A stretch of DNA of 64,000 bases from Hamiltosporidium tvaerminnensis FI-OER-3-3 (taxonomy: Eukaryota > Fungi > Microsporidia). The notes below the pieces were generated by a model. The model saw only the letters and a program-made list of their open reading frames with translations. It had not been told where the DNA came from and did no database searches. The position numbers and the translations under genes were made by a program. Location: contig CM061253.1 of the NCBI GenBank assembly GCA_022605425.2, positions 744,001-808,000 on the forward strand. The letters run 5' to 3'. This document shows, piece by piece, positions 13,050 through 24,889 of the stretch; the stretch's first letter is position 1, and every line of letters begins with the position of its first letter.

Positions 13050-14480
13050 TCACCGAGCTTGTAAAATATGGGAGGTGATAAATTAAACGAAAATATACAA
13101 GAACTATTTAAAGTCATTTTAAAAAAGAAAAAATGCCCGATCAATAGAATTTAAACCTGATAATATCTTTAAATGCGCAAAGAACAAATATTAAATGCGC
13201 TAAATATAGAGAAGGATCTCTGTTAAACATTTCTTATAAATTTTTAAGGTGAATAGTTGCAAATATGTTAGATATATGCGCTGAGAGAATTATCGGGATT
13301 ATCAATGTAGATTCGGTAAAGTCAAGTCGACTAAGGATCAAACATCTACAATGAGAATGATATTGAAAATATTTTACGAATAAAATATTCCTATACCTCA
13401 AATTTCCAGATTTTATGCAAGCCTGTGATAGTATTGATCTTAAATACACGTTTAATGCTCTATGCTTTTAGAATTCCTAATAAACTGATAAGGATGATAA
13501 AATTACTCTAGCTAAAGCGAGAGGGAAAGATTGACAAGAAAGATACTTCAAATGACTTCGACATATGTCGCAGAGTAAACGAGGAGCTAAACTATAGTAA
13601 ATATTATTCGAATTTGCAATGTAAAATATTATTAGTAAGCTTAAACCCAATGAAGTCAAATTAAATTTTATAGACGAACCTTAAAAATAGTATGTAGCAT
13701 AAACCTAGATATCTGCAGAAACGAAGACTAATAAAACCTTCTCATAGTACTATCGCAAAAAAATAGCAAAGCCGGATTAAAGATTAATTAAAGCAAAACT
13801 AAGTATATGGAAATAGCATTTCCGCAAGGAACTTGAAAAATACTCTATAAATTGACTCAATAAAGTTCTAAAATGTATTGAGCTTTAAATTTCTCAGAAA
13901 CTTTCATAAATGAAAACAACAAAAGCAATGAGTAAAATTAAAGAACGGATGAAAGCAGGAAAAAGTCTACTTTACGATGCAAAATTTGATTAACTCAAGA
14001 TATATAAGATGGAATTCAAAAAAGAATATATCTAGACCTATCATACGAACTGATGTAATGTATAAATCTGATACTTAGGCCATGACAAAAAGAATGAAAT
14101 ACTTTTAGCCAAGTGGGAAACAAGGATATTTCTAAGAATTCATGCCTCGAAACCCATAAATAATAAGCTAAAAATGCAAACAGACCAAGAAATCTATGAT
14201 CTCTATCTTGAATCAAATTTGGTAACAGAAATAAAAAGAGAAAAATTAAGATGACTAGAACATGTAATACGAATACATTCTGATCGAAAGACAAACCAAG
14301 CCTATATGTATAAACCCAATAGCAAAAATAAAAAAGTTAGACTACGGAAAAGAAAATTTATGCAGTAGAAAATGATACTAGGATGCTTAATGTAAAGCTG
14401 TGAAAGAAGAAGGTGAGCTAGAGAAGAAATTCGAAAAATATTCAAGGAGGTTTGGGTGCTTTAAGAGATGTTATGCGCGA
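13050..14480 (+). mobile_element. Degraded RTE-clade non-LTR retrotransposon (RT and C-terminal relic)
   Basis: Interrupted translations AFRIPNKLIRMIKL, AGLKIN*SKTKYM and VTEIKREKLR*LEHVIRIHSDRKTNQAYMYKPNSKNKKVRLRKR resemble RTE motifs (GLKINxxKTKYM; RRLRWAGHVxRM...GRPRKRW). Confidence 0.75.
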
Positions 14481-14837
14481 ATTGTATTAGTAATACTCAT
14501 AACTTAATATTGGGAATAATGATGCTAATACAAGGATTATCTTCTGTGTATATTCAGATAACCTATGTATTTAATTGTGCAAATGAAAATTTCATTAAAC
14601 CAGACTTTTTAGCATGCTTGTATATTATTAAACATATTAACGTAAAAGATTCATTGACACAATTATACACGACAAAAATATAATAATATTCTATCTGTAC
14701 TAATTTTTTTTTAATAAATATAGATTTAAGTCTTCGAAAAAATTGGAAAATAAAATTTTTAAAATATTCTTGTAAATATAAATGCAAAAACTAGATGTGC
14801 ATCTAGATTAATAAAAATACTAATTTGAGACATTACT

Positions 14838-14886
14838 AAGGGAGGCCAAGGCTCACCCAGAGCTGTAGTGCCAAGGATGAATGAAT
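14838..14886 (+). mobile_element. Isolated RTE-like 3' terminus
   Basis: GGAGGCCAAGGCTCACCCAGAGCTGTAGTGCCAAGG followed by a short ATGA tail repeat; resembles arthropod RTE 3' ends as I recall them. Confidence 0.5.
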
Positions 14887-15752
14887 TTGAGACATTTTAT
14901 TACTTATGATGTCTTTTTAAAAATTAAATTTTTTACTTTCATTTTAATAGAAGTTATAACGCTTGAATTTTTTTTAAATCATAATAAACAAAAAATAATG
15001 TAAGATTGTTCTGCTAAACGGGTCAAGTTATATCAATAGATTTAGTATTACGCTAATCCTATATTAATAATATAGAATTATATTGTATAGAAATATAATC
15101 TATATGTATCTTAAAGGGCCCACAATTTCAATAAATCGTAAATATATTCTCCCTAAGTATTTAAAAAATTAAGTCGTTTTTTTTTTGATTTGCAGAGTAC
15201 CAGGAAAGAGACCTATAGACCAAGTGGAAGATCATAGTACGCAATTATATCATATTAGAACATTAAATTTTTAAATAATTCATACTTTCATTAAACGTAA
15301 GAAACGTATAGTGAATGTAAGGTAAATTAAATTCAAGATATTGTGCCTAAATTATGAAGAAAAATATTAAACCAATTTGAAACTTTATATAGATATCTAA
15401 TCTAGAGAATTCAGCAAAGAAAAAATTCCAGGCAATGGATTTTAAGCAAATCATTTAGTGATATCACCTACCATGATATAAATTCTAAAACATTTGAAAT
15501 ATATAACAGAACAAATCAAACATATTTACCTGAAAAAAAGTATTAATATGCAATCTTTTTTTTCTAAATTTATATTTATGTGAATATAAAATTATAAAAA
15601 AAACCTATTAACGTTTTAACTTTATATATAAAAATACAAATTTTATTTTTAAACTACAAAATTTATAGAAAAAGAAGAAATTTCTAGCGGAACCTATGTC
15701 CATAATATATTTAAAATATGGTCTTAATATCAAATCCAAAAAAATACAAATT

Positions 15753-16445
15753 TTAATCTTTTTCATTATTTTCTAATTCTTTGATCTCTCCGATAACTTT
15801 ATTATATTCTTCTTTCAAAGCAAAAATGGATTCTTGAAACCTTTTCTTAAGAATAATATTACTGGCCGTATTAAGAAGTTCTTCTTTGGTTTTTATTTTT
15901 TCCTCCAATTCCTTCAACAATTCTTTCTTTTGTTTTATCTCATCGCTCTCTTCAGTAACAATATTTTTTTCAGATGCAATAAGATTATATTCAAGTTCGG
16001 CTGCTAATGATGAGACATCTTCACTTTCTTCTTTTTGTTCGCCTTCTCCAAATATTAACTCGACACCAACACAATTCTTATCTCTCTCAAGCAATTCCTT
16101 GACTCTGTTTTCTATTTCCTCTACCATTTGTGTTTTTACAACACGTTTTCTAAATCTGTGCTTGGTATTGTACATCGGTGGCGTAATGCCATGTTCTCCT
16201 TTACTCTTATTGCCTATAACCACAATATGTGATATATCACTTATTTTATAAAATTGTTGATTGTCCATAGTTTTATGAGATTCAATTATACATGGTAATT
16301 TAGAAATATATCCGGTATATTCTATTGAGTTGTGTCTCAGAATAATAGTATCTTCCCCAATAACTTCCAATTCAATACTTTTTGTATTTGTTTGTAACAT
16401 TTCTTTCAATTCTTCATTTACACGGAGTATGAATTGTTGTTCCAT
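15753..16445 (-). CDS. TAF7: TFIID subunit 7 (TAFII55)
   Basis: MEQQFILR, LPCIIESHKTMD..FYKISDISH, HGITPPM...RFRK motifs; C-terminal coiled coil; CCC before the ATG. Confidence 0.93.
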   Translation of the reverse strand: MEQQFILRVNEELKEMLQTNTKSIELEVIGEDTIILRHNSIEYTGYISKLPCIIESHKTMDNQQFYKISDISHIVVIGNKSKGEHGITPPMYNTKHRFRKRVVKTQMVEEIENRVKELLERDKNCVGVELIFGEGEQKEESEDVSSLAAELEYNLIASEKNIVTEESDEIKQKKELLKELEEKIKTKEELLNTASNIILKKRFQESIFALKEEYNKVIGEIKELENNEKD

Positions 16446-16878
16446 ACAGGGTTTTATTTTAAAGGAAATTCTTAATTTTTTACGAAGAAAAAAACTGCAT
16501 TGAAATTTTTATGAAACTTAAATTTACATTGAAAAATTTTTAATTTTGTTTACAAAAGAAAATCGGTTCTGTAATGTTTTTACTTTTCAGACTTTTTTTT
16601 TTTTATAAAAATCTAAATTTTCCAATGCAAAAGAAAAACCGGTTTTTAAACTAAATATCTATTAAAATTTTTATTTCATTTTTGACTTATTTGAATAAAA
16701 AAATATTTGTTGTTTCTAATTTAGAAATATTCGAATGAATCAAATACTACTCCTTCATGAATTAAATAAAATTACACTTGACTTGAGATTTTATTTATGG
16801 CTGAAAAAAGTATTAAAAATGCAAATTAATTCTTTGATATATGTCCTGGTTTAAAATAAATTCATTTTCCGGCTGAAA

Positions 16879-17585
16879 GGTGAAGCAAGAATAACCACAA
16901 AAAAAATTATCCACTTGACAGCGAAATAATGAAATATTTTTTAGATTTTTGATAAGATGAAAATCACATTAAATTTTTGGTTTTTCGATAGAGAAGCGAT
17001 AAGGTGGAAAAGGTCTACGAAATAGAGAAAATCTTTCTACAAATAAGTTTGTAATTTTTTCATTCAAACTAGAGCTTTGACTAAAGCTGAATTTGAAGTG
17101 ATTACAACATAAAGTCATGAAATAAGTCTTGCTACTTTAAGTTTTGAGACACTGAGCCTGAGAGATTTAGAAAAAAAAATATCCATTTAAAAGCTAAGAA
17201 GTTCAAGTGGCTGGCTATATATGTTTATATGGTTTGTAACTTATAGGTGAATTTCTTATAAATAGCCGAAATATATTTTAGCTGAATGTCTATTCGGTTC
17301 GAAAAACGTAGAGTAACTGTGATTGCTGCTAGTTTAAGATATTCCTAATGTAGGTTTCAATCTGTGATCAACACCAGCATACGAATATTAAAATCGTGTA
17401 CGACTGTTCGCTTCTTCAATGAAATTTATATATATTTTAGATAAAAAAGGCTTTTGGTTTGGATCTCGTATAGAGTACTTATGGAGTTTCTAAGAAAAAC
17501 TATATATGACGTCCTATAACCATGTTAATGTCATAAAATAATATAAAACAAATGAAATCTTTAAAAAGATCTGATGTTCATTGAA
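16879..17585 (+). mobile_element. Highly diverged full-length copy of the SINE-like element
   Basis: Matches the 5' end (GAATAACCACAAAAA), middle (AGGTCTACGAAAT, TTTCTACAAAT, CCATTTAAAAGC, GAAATATATTTTAGCT, GTAGAGTAA) and 3' end (ATGGAGTTT, GTTAATGTCATAAAA). Confidence 0.7.
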
Positions 17586-18115
17586 TATAAAATGATTAGA
17601 AATATAAAATTTTCTTTTTAATTTTTTTTACTAACTATTTCTAGTTCATTTTGTTGCTTCTATTTGTATGTACTTTCGTATGATTTGGCTTTTTTTACAT
17701 TTTTGTTGTATACTTCAATCTTGTTTCAATTTTCGGTCTTGTCTATATTAATTTGAGATTTTTTCTAAAAGTATTAAATCATAAACCATTTTTTAAATAA
17801 AAGTTCCGATATTTTTTATTCCCAAAAAGGAGTTATTTTCTATTTTTCTATTTTTTTTAGAATCATTGATTATTAGCCAAATATTACAAATTAATTTATC
17901 AAATTGATAATAAAAAAATATTTTTCAATTAGGAGTGCAATTTAGATGGTATCAAATCAAATTAATTTTTAAAATAACCAATCGAAAACGCTTAAGAAAA
18001 AATTTGATTTGTGATTCATAAATTAAATCCAATTTTTTATTGGAGAATTAATTATCTGGTTTTGGAATATTTGATCATTTTTTTTTATTTTTTTACGTGA
18101 AAAAATGTTATCCAA

Positions 18116-18820
18116 ATGGTGAGTAAAAGAAACAAAATACGCATTGCATTAGGAGTTGTTGGTTCAATATTGGCTATATCTGGCATAATGTGTGTTGTGG
18201 GATACATTAAAGCTGGTAATGTCATTAAGAGCTTCGAAGACGATTATAAGAAATTTTCGGCTTTAGAGGATGATAAAAAATTCACATCTTTAGTGAATCT
18301 TTACAAGTTTTGTTATTTCGCTTCTATTAAAGAAGGAAGTGCTTTTGCATTAATTGTAGAAGAAAACAAAGGGTCAAGCGTGAAAATGTTGAAAGAAGCA
18401 TTAGAAAAGAAAAATACAAAGGAATTTGAGGAGTTATCCATAGCTCCGGACTCGATCAAAGGATTCGATATGGATATTTCTAAGTTGGAAAAGGTAGTTG
18501 GTGATGTCGGGCTTTTAGTTAGACTTGGTTTCTGTTTCAAAGGCTACCATCCTATCAAACCAACATATGCTTTATCTTCGTTTATACATAAGACCATAAA
18601 AAAACCTAAAAAAGACGAAATAAATGCTGCATTTTTAGATATAGTAAATGATTCTGTCGTGAGAATATTTGATGTTAAACGCGATGCTATGGATGATAAG
18701 GGTGCTAAAAGTATTTCTTCGGCTAAAAAATTTAAGTTTGAAGCACCTAAAAATGGAATATCCGGTAAACCTGCTGATTTTATTGCTTATATTTGTCATA
18801 AAGTAGAAAAGAAGGCTTAA
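18116..18820 (+). CDS. Hypothetical membrane-anchored protein (single N-terminal TM)
   Basis: 234-aa ORF, basic N-terminus followed by TM segment IALGVVGSILAISGIMCVVGYI, gene-like composition. Confidence 0.8.
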   Translation: MVSKRNKIRIALGVVGSILAISGIMCVVGYIKAGNVIKSFEDDYKKFSALEDDKKFTSLVNLYKFCYFASIKEGSAFALIVEENKGSSVKMLKEALEKKNTKEFEELSIAPDSIKGFDMDISKLEKVVGDVGLLVRLGFCFKGYHPIKPTYALSSFIHKTIKKPKKDEINAAFLDIVNDSVVRIFDVKRDAMDDKGAKSISSAKKFKFEAPKNGISGKPADFIAYICHKVEKKA

Positions 18821-19054
18821 AGTCTGCTCTATGATGCGAAAATGGTTTTTATATTCAATCTCCAGTTTGATATGATTAAAATTCATTTTTAGCTTTTTCT
18901 TTACTTTATTTCATATTTCTTTTTTTGAATTTTAAATATTGCACCAGTTTTTATTTACTTCGTACGCTTGTATGTCTTGAAAATCTTAGTTTGTGATTTT
19001 TAGATTAAAAATATGCCTTTTTTTCTCATAATTTTTCTTTGTTAGTGCGCGATA

Positions 19055-19500
19055 TCTAGTTCAAGAAATTTTTAAAAATGAATATGTAGATATAAGAGTG
19101 GCCATCGGACTAAAAACTGATGTCAAAATTCGGAATAATAGATCCGAAATATTTATTTTGAATAAGACTAGAAAAAGGAAACTTAAATTGAAGTAGAATT
19201 ACTTCCCAAGTTTCCCTTCAAATTGAATAAACTAAAAAAATCGGAAAACATAAGGTTTTAACATTCTTTAAGTCTTATTTATAAGTATAGTCTTGAGATA
19301 ATCTTGTATATGATGAACCCGGATGGTATTGTAACAAAATTCCATAAGACGTATGGTAAAAAGTAATATTGCTGAATATAGAGGCATATATTCAGTTGAT
19401 TGTACTTAGAAAACAGTTTAGAGATTTCATATGATCAATGAAGAAGAATTGAGTCGGCCCAAATGCCGGAAAAGAGCAGTTATGGGTGTTATCGGAGACT
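19055..19500 (+). mobile_element. Relic of the restriction-like endonuclease (REL) domain of a non-LTR retrotransposon
   Basis: KNEYVDIRVAIGLKTDVKIRNNRSEIFILNK...IEV...EIILYMMNPDGIVTKFHK with stops and frameshifts; homologous to 41265-41550. Confidence 0.75.
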
Positions 19501-19928
19501 AGGTGAATGAGGAATCATCATAGCCTTTAAAACAAACGAGTAAAGAATAATATGGCGTTAAATATTTTTTTTAAAAAATAATAGCTCCTTATTTTATACT
19601 TAGAAGAACCATATAAAAGGAACTGCCAATAAAAATAAATGAAAATTCGATTCTGAAAAGTAAAAGACGATGGTACAAAAAGTAGAAGAAAATATATAAA
19701 ATTCTGGAAAGAATTTTAAAATCAAAATATATTCAATTGTATTTAGAGCATTAAAACATTTTTTTAACATATTTTTTACAAAACTAATATTTTTCGATAG
19801 CAAATAAATGCATCCAAATTTTTATTTTTTAAAAAATATATTTTTCATTAAAAAGCGAATGTAAATCTTTACTAACTGGCAATACAAATTATCTAAAAAT
19901 TTATACATAAAAAACCTCCCCTCTTTTT

Positions 19929-20792
19929 ATGGACGATCAAGCCTATTCGATGTTACCATATTTTTATGAAAATATATTTCCATTGGAAAGAATATTTCAA
20001 TGGTTAAAAATTGACGAGAAACGAGAAATATCTTTCACATTACAAAACGGCATGTATTTACGGTATTTAAATTTCAAATCAAAAGAAGAATTACTGACAA
20101 AGATTTTATCAACCGTTCCTGTCAAAATAGATTTTGGAGCTGTATATGCCAATAGACTAAGAAAAGGAACGGAATGTATTCCAGTGGAAAAAGAACTTGT
20201 CTTCGATATTGATTTGACAGATTATAAAAGAACATGTTGTACGGGAAGAAATACTTGTGAAACATGTTTTGTGTTGGTAAAATCTGCTATAAAATTGCTA
20301 AATTATTCTTTGAAAGAAGAATTTGGATTTGAAAAAGTACTTTTTGTATTTTCAGGAGGACGTGGTATACATTGTTGGGTATCGGATGACAATGCTCGTT
20401 CGTTAAATAATTCTGAACGTCAAAGTGTGACAAAATTTTTTGATTCGGTTTCTAAAAGAAAGATATTTCCAACGGAATATTGTAATATTTTGATGGAAAA
20501 TATTGCAGAGTTTAATGAACCAGATCTAAATATTAAACCCGAAACTGCCACAGTCGAAGAGATATTTGAACATTTATATATAAAACTTGATAAAAATGTT
20601 ACATCGGAGATTAAACACCTACTCAAATCTCCCTTCTGTGTTCATTCTTCTACAACCAAAGTATGCGTTCCCCTAGATCCTGAAAACATTGATACCGTTC
20701 TCATTGAACATCTTCCAACACTACAAAATGTCATGGATAATCCAAAAACATTGGATCCATACATTAGAATATTTGATCAAATATTTTTTTAA
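19929..20792 (+). CDS. PRI1: DNA primase small (catalytic) subunit
   Basis: REISF, KIDFGAVY, KELVFDIDLTDY, FSGGRGIHCWV, HLLKSPFCVH motifs. Confidence 0.97.
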   Translation: MDDQAYSMLPYFYENIFPLERIFQWLKIDEKREISFTLQNGMYLRYLNFKSKEELLTKILSTVPVKIDFGAVYANRLRKGTECIPVEKELVFDIDLTDYKRTCCTGRNTCETCFVLVKSAIKLLNYSLKEEFGFEKVLFVFSGGRGIHCWVSDDNARSLNNSERQSVTKFFDSVSKRKIFPTEYCNILMENIAEFNEPDLNIKPETATVEEIFEHLYIKLDKNVTSEIKHLLKSPFCVHSSTTKVCVPLDPENIDTVLIEHLPTLQNVMDNPKTLDPYIRIFDQIFF

Positions 20793-20869
20793 TTTTTTAC
20801 AAATAAATTAATATTTGTAATTATTTTTAAAATTAAAATTTAAACTTCTCAGTATTATATTAGATTGTA

Positions 20870-21580
20870 TTAATTTTAAAGGTTATTTTTTTAAAAATAG
20901 TAGGAAGTATTCAATTGTTTGCATGGAATTAACCCAGTCCTTGGGTTAATATAAGTAACTGCTTATTCAACACTTCATCGATACACCCTCCACGATATCC
21001 TAATCTTAACTCCCGCTCATTTAAAGAAAGAATAATGCAAAATTAATGTGCGAAATAATTGCCCCGAACTTTTTAATGTTCGTTGCATTGAGTAGTATTG
21101 TAATTCGAAACCCCTAATGAGCTCTTTCATTACATCAAGCATTTTCACTTACTCTACACTTTCTGATTCATATTTACTTCTAGCTAAGATATATTTAAAA
21201 GACTTACATGAGGCCCAAGTAGACAAAGCAATATCATACAAACAAATATAACCTGTTACTTAACTTCACGGGCTTTAGAGGGTTTATTTTTTATATATCC
21301 CAGTCGCTAAGCCTTCCAACTCGAGTGAGCAAGGTTAGGTTTCCATGTTTTTACAAAGCGATTCTTTACAGTTTGAATCGCGCTTTGTAATCTAGCTATA
21401 CATAAAAACCCAAAACTGCTCTGTAGAGAAGTTTTAACTGTACAGATTCGTATACATCAACGAAAATATAATTCACTTCTAATTCCACAAAAATATAAAC
21501 ATTGAATTTTGTTTCTAATTCAATCAACCTTTGTTAAACAAAAGATTTTTAACAAGCTTGTTCTTTCTGTATCATTCTAA
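20870..21580 (-). mobile_element. Diverged inverted copy of the SINE-like element
   Basis: Reverse complement contains TCAGAAAGTGTAGAGTAAGTG, CCTCATGTAAGTC, ATATATCTTAGCTAGAAG, CATGGAAACCTAACCTTGCTCACTCG. Confidence 0.85.
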
Positions 21581-22304
21581 AAAGAAATATTATAAAGTAG
21601 CATATTAACCCAAAACCAAATTGAAAATATTTTTATCAGTAAAAATTACTTAAATAAATATTATTTGAAATATCTTTTATAGTGTTTGTATATAATTATA
21701 CTTTTAATTTAAGCCATAATTATACAATACTTCTTAAAAAACACTTAAAACATTTATCTTTAAATCATAAAATACAGTTTAAAAGCCACAAATACTCAAT
21801 ACAAACCAGTATATAAGATAAGCAGCTTAGGTATACAATTAACACAATTGATACAATTAGAGATAAAAAAAATATTATAAGATTCATTTGAATATAATTT
21901 CTTAATAAGTATAAAAACAAAATAAATCCAAACAAGCAATAATAAAATATCAAGGATGAGTTTTTACAGAATTATAAAATGTTTGTAAAGAATATTTTTT
22001 AAATCAAAATAAAATTAAAAACGATATTCATGTGTCAGTTCTGTAAAATAATAGATTTTATTAAATAAACTAATATTTCTATAACTACTTGTAAATATAT
22101 AAAAACCAAGCGTATATTTAAAAAAAAAATTACCTTTTAAGGATACTAATTAAAGGTATGAAAATCACGAGTATATTTTATGAAATAAACTTGTCTTTCC
22201 ATAACCGCCAATCAAAAATATTTAAACCTTATCTAATCAATTTTAATTGGTTATTTTTCTTATCAAAAAGATATAAAATACAAAACCAGAAAAAAAATAA
22301 AAAA

Positions 22305-23225
22305 ATGTTACAAAAAAAAGTAAAATTAAACAACGGAAAAGAGATTCCTATAATAGGATTAGGTACATGGAGAATAAATGGTAAAGAATATATAAGAAAT
22401 TCCATTACATCTGCGTTAGAAATAGGATATAGACATATAGATACTGCATGGGTATATGAAAACGAACAAGATATAGGAATAATATTATCAGATATTCTAA
22501 AAAATAAAAAATTTAATATAAAACGAGAAGATCTGTTCATCACATCTAAGTTATGGAACACATTCCATCACAATGTTAAGGAAGGTGTGATACAGACCTT
22601 AAGACACCTAAAATTAGAATATTTAGATTTATATTTAGTGCATTGGCCAGTAAGTTTCAAAAGTAAAAATAATTACGAAACTGACCGAGATAAAGAAGGA
22701 AATCCGATTTTATTAGACTTTGATCCTGTGTCTGTATGGAAACAAATGGAAGAATTGGTGGAAAGCGGTCTCACAAAATCAATTGGTGTAGCTAATTTTG
22801 GAACACAAAATCTCACAAAAATACTGGAAAATTGCAGAATAAAACCCGTCATAAACCAGTTTGAATTACATCCTTACTTAAAACAAACCGATTTACAAAA
22901 TTTCTGTACAAATCACAACATTCAAATACAATCTTACTCGTCACTCGGATCTTCTGATAACGAAAACACCGCCCCGAATCTCAAAGAAGACCCCCTCTTG
23001 TCAAAATTAGCCCAAAATAGAAATATTACCACCTCACAACTCATACTCAGCTACTTAACTCACAAAAATATTTGTGTCATTCCCAAAAGCACCAACCCTA
23101 CCCATATCCACCAAAACTCTCAATTAATTCCACTCACAGACCAAGAAGTACAACAAATAGAAAGTATTAAAACAGAATACCGATACGTAGATCTTCCATC
23201 CTTCGGAAAAGACAGATTTAAATAA
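22305..23225 (+). CDS. Aldo/keto reductase (aldose reductase-like)
   Basis: IGLGTW, GYRHIDTAWVY, DLFITSKLW, YLDLYLVHWP, KSIGVANF, IPKS motifs. Start placed at Met50 (MLQKKVKLNNG) of the track ORF. Confidence 0.95.
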   Translation: MLQKKVKLNNGKEIPIIGLGTWRINGKEYIRNSITSALEIGYRHIDTAWVYENEQDIGIILSDILKNKKFNIKREDLFITSKLWNTFHHNVKEGVIQTLRHLKLEYLDLYLVHWPVSFKSKNNYETDRDKEGNPILLDFDPVSVWKQMEELVESGLTKSIGVANFGTQNLTKILENCRIKPVINQFELHPYLKQTDLQNFCTNHNIQIQSYSSLGSSDNENTAPNLKEDPLLSKLAQNRNITTSQLILSYLTHKNICVIPKSTNPTHIHQNSQLIPLTDQEVQQIESIKTEYRYVDLPSFGKDRFK

Positions 23226-23439
23226 AAAGCAATACAATTCTTATCCATATATTTTGTTCTTATATGTATAAATATTATTATATTTCTTATATATTTTATT
23301 ACATCTCTTACTATATTTCATATATCTCTATATTTTTTTTATTATTATATCTTACAAACTCTTTTATCTTCTAATGATATATCTTCTTTAAAAAAATTAT
23401 AATTCAACAAAACCTTCTTTCAGTTAAAAAAACAATAAT

Positions 23440-23960
23440 TTATATTTAAAACCCTCTTAATAGTATATCTGTTACTAAAATCTTCTTAATATTCTATACT
23501 GTGGGTAGAACTTCTTAATAATGTACACTGTTACCAATACCCTCTTATTTACTATCTTTATTTTAAACCCTTTTATTTACTACTCTTATTAAAAACCCCC
23601 TTATTTACACCTCTATGATTTACACCCCAATATTTACTATCCTATTAAAAACCCCCTTATTTACTACCATATTGATTAACACCCTCATATCTACTATCTG
23701 TATGATTTACACCCCAATATTTACTATCTCTATTAATAACACCCTCTTATTTAATACCAAATTAATAAAACCCCCTTGTTAATAACACCCGCTTATTTAC
23801 TACTCTTATTAATAACACCCTCATCATACACACTACTATCACTAAAACCCCCCCCCTCACCCACTATCCCTAACACCCCCCTCACCCTCACACTTACCCC
23901 CACTTCTCCCTCCATATTTCCCTCCAAATAACCTATAAAACAACACTCCCTTCTCTTCCT
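23440..23960. repeat. C-rich degenerate repeats (AACACCC / AAAACCCC ... TTTACTA) upstream of the cyclin gene
   Basis: Recurrent ACCC-TCTTATTTACTA-like units ending in a C-rich tract. Confidence 0.75.
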
Positions 23961-24581
23961 ATGAAAAGACTCTTCCAAGACATTACAAACGTAATAAAAA
24001 AGAACATAAAACTAACCATCCACAGAAACAACCACAGAAAGAAACTAATACAATGGTTATACGAAGTATGCACAGAATTCTCATACTCTCCCATAACATA
24101 CACTCTCTGTGTCCAAATACTAGACAAATACACTTCTCTAACCCCAATAAATTACAAAATATACCAATTAATAGGAATAACCTGTCTTTTTATATCCGCC
24201 AAAATAGAAGAATCCACTACAAAAGATATACACGAATATATAACAGTAACTGATAATTCAGTATCTTTACAACAAATTTTAAATACAGAAAAAGATATTC
24301 TTTGTAATTTAAATTTTAATTTATTTTTTATCTCACCACACTCATATATAAATATTTTTTATTTAGAAAATATTTCTTATAAATATAATATTTCAATAGA
24401 ACATACATCACACCTATTACATTGTTTTGTTGCTAGTGTTATGGAAAAAGAAGAAGTTAATATGTATTGGTTATATGAAGAAGCTAAGACACTATTTGAG
24501 AAGTGCTTAGAAAAAAAAGAAATTGATAAAGAAATAAGACTATATATACCGTTATATAACAAGGATATAATAAAAGGGTAG
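23961..24581 (+). CDS. Cyclin (N-terminal cyclin box)
   Basis: RKKLIQWLYEV, LDKY, YQLIGITCLFISAKIEE, ILNTEKDILCNLNFNL. Confidence 0.92.
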   Translation: MKRLFQDITNVIKKNIKLTIHRNNHRKKLIQWLYEVCTEFSYSPITYTLCVQILDKYTSLTPINYKIYQLIGITCLFISAKIEESTTKDIHEYITVTDNSVSLQQILNTEKDILCNLNFNLFFISPHSYINIFYLENISYKYNISIEHTSHLLHCFVASVMEKEEVNMYWLYEEAKTLFEKCLEKKEIDKEIRLYIPLYNKDIIKG

Positions 24582-24889
24582 ATAAGGTACTGTAAGGATA
24601 AAGATTATTAGTAGTATATTAGGGATTGATAGGATATAATAAAAGGGTAGATAAGGTACAGTAAGGATAAAGTATTATTAGTAGTATATTGGGAGAAGGA
24701 TATAAAAAAGGGAAAAAAAAAAAATTTTTTATTAGTATTATAAGGTTACTGTGATTAGTATTTATATTTGTATTTGTATCAAGGTTAGTATTAGAGTTAT
24801 ACATGAATTGGTGTTAGTGTTTATACTTACTTATTATTTAGATGGTTATTGGTATTAAAGGTTGTAAAGGGTAAATTATTTTACTGGTT

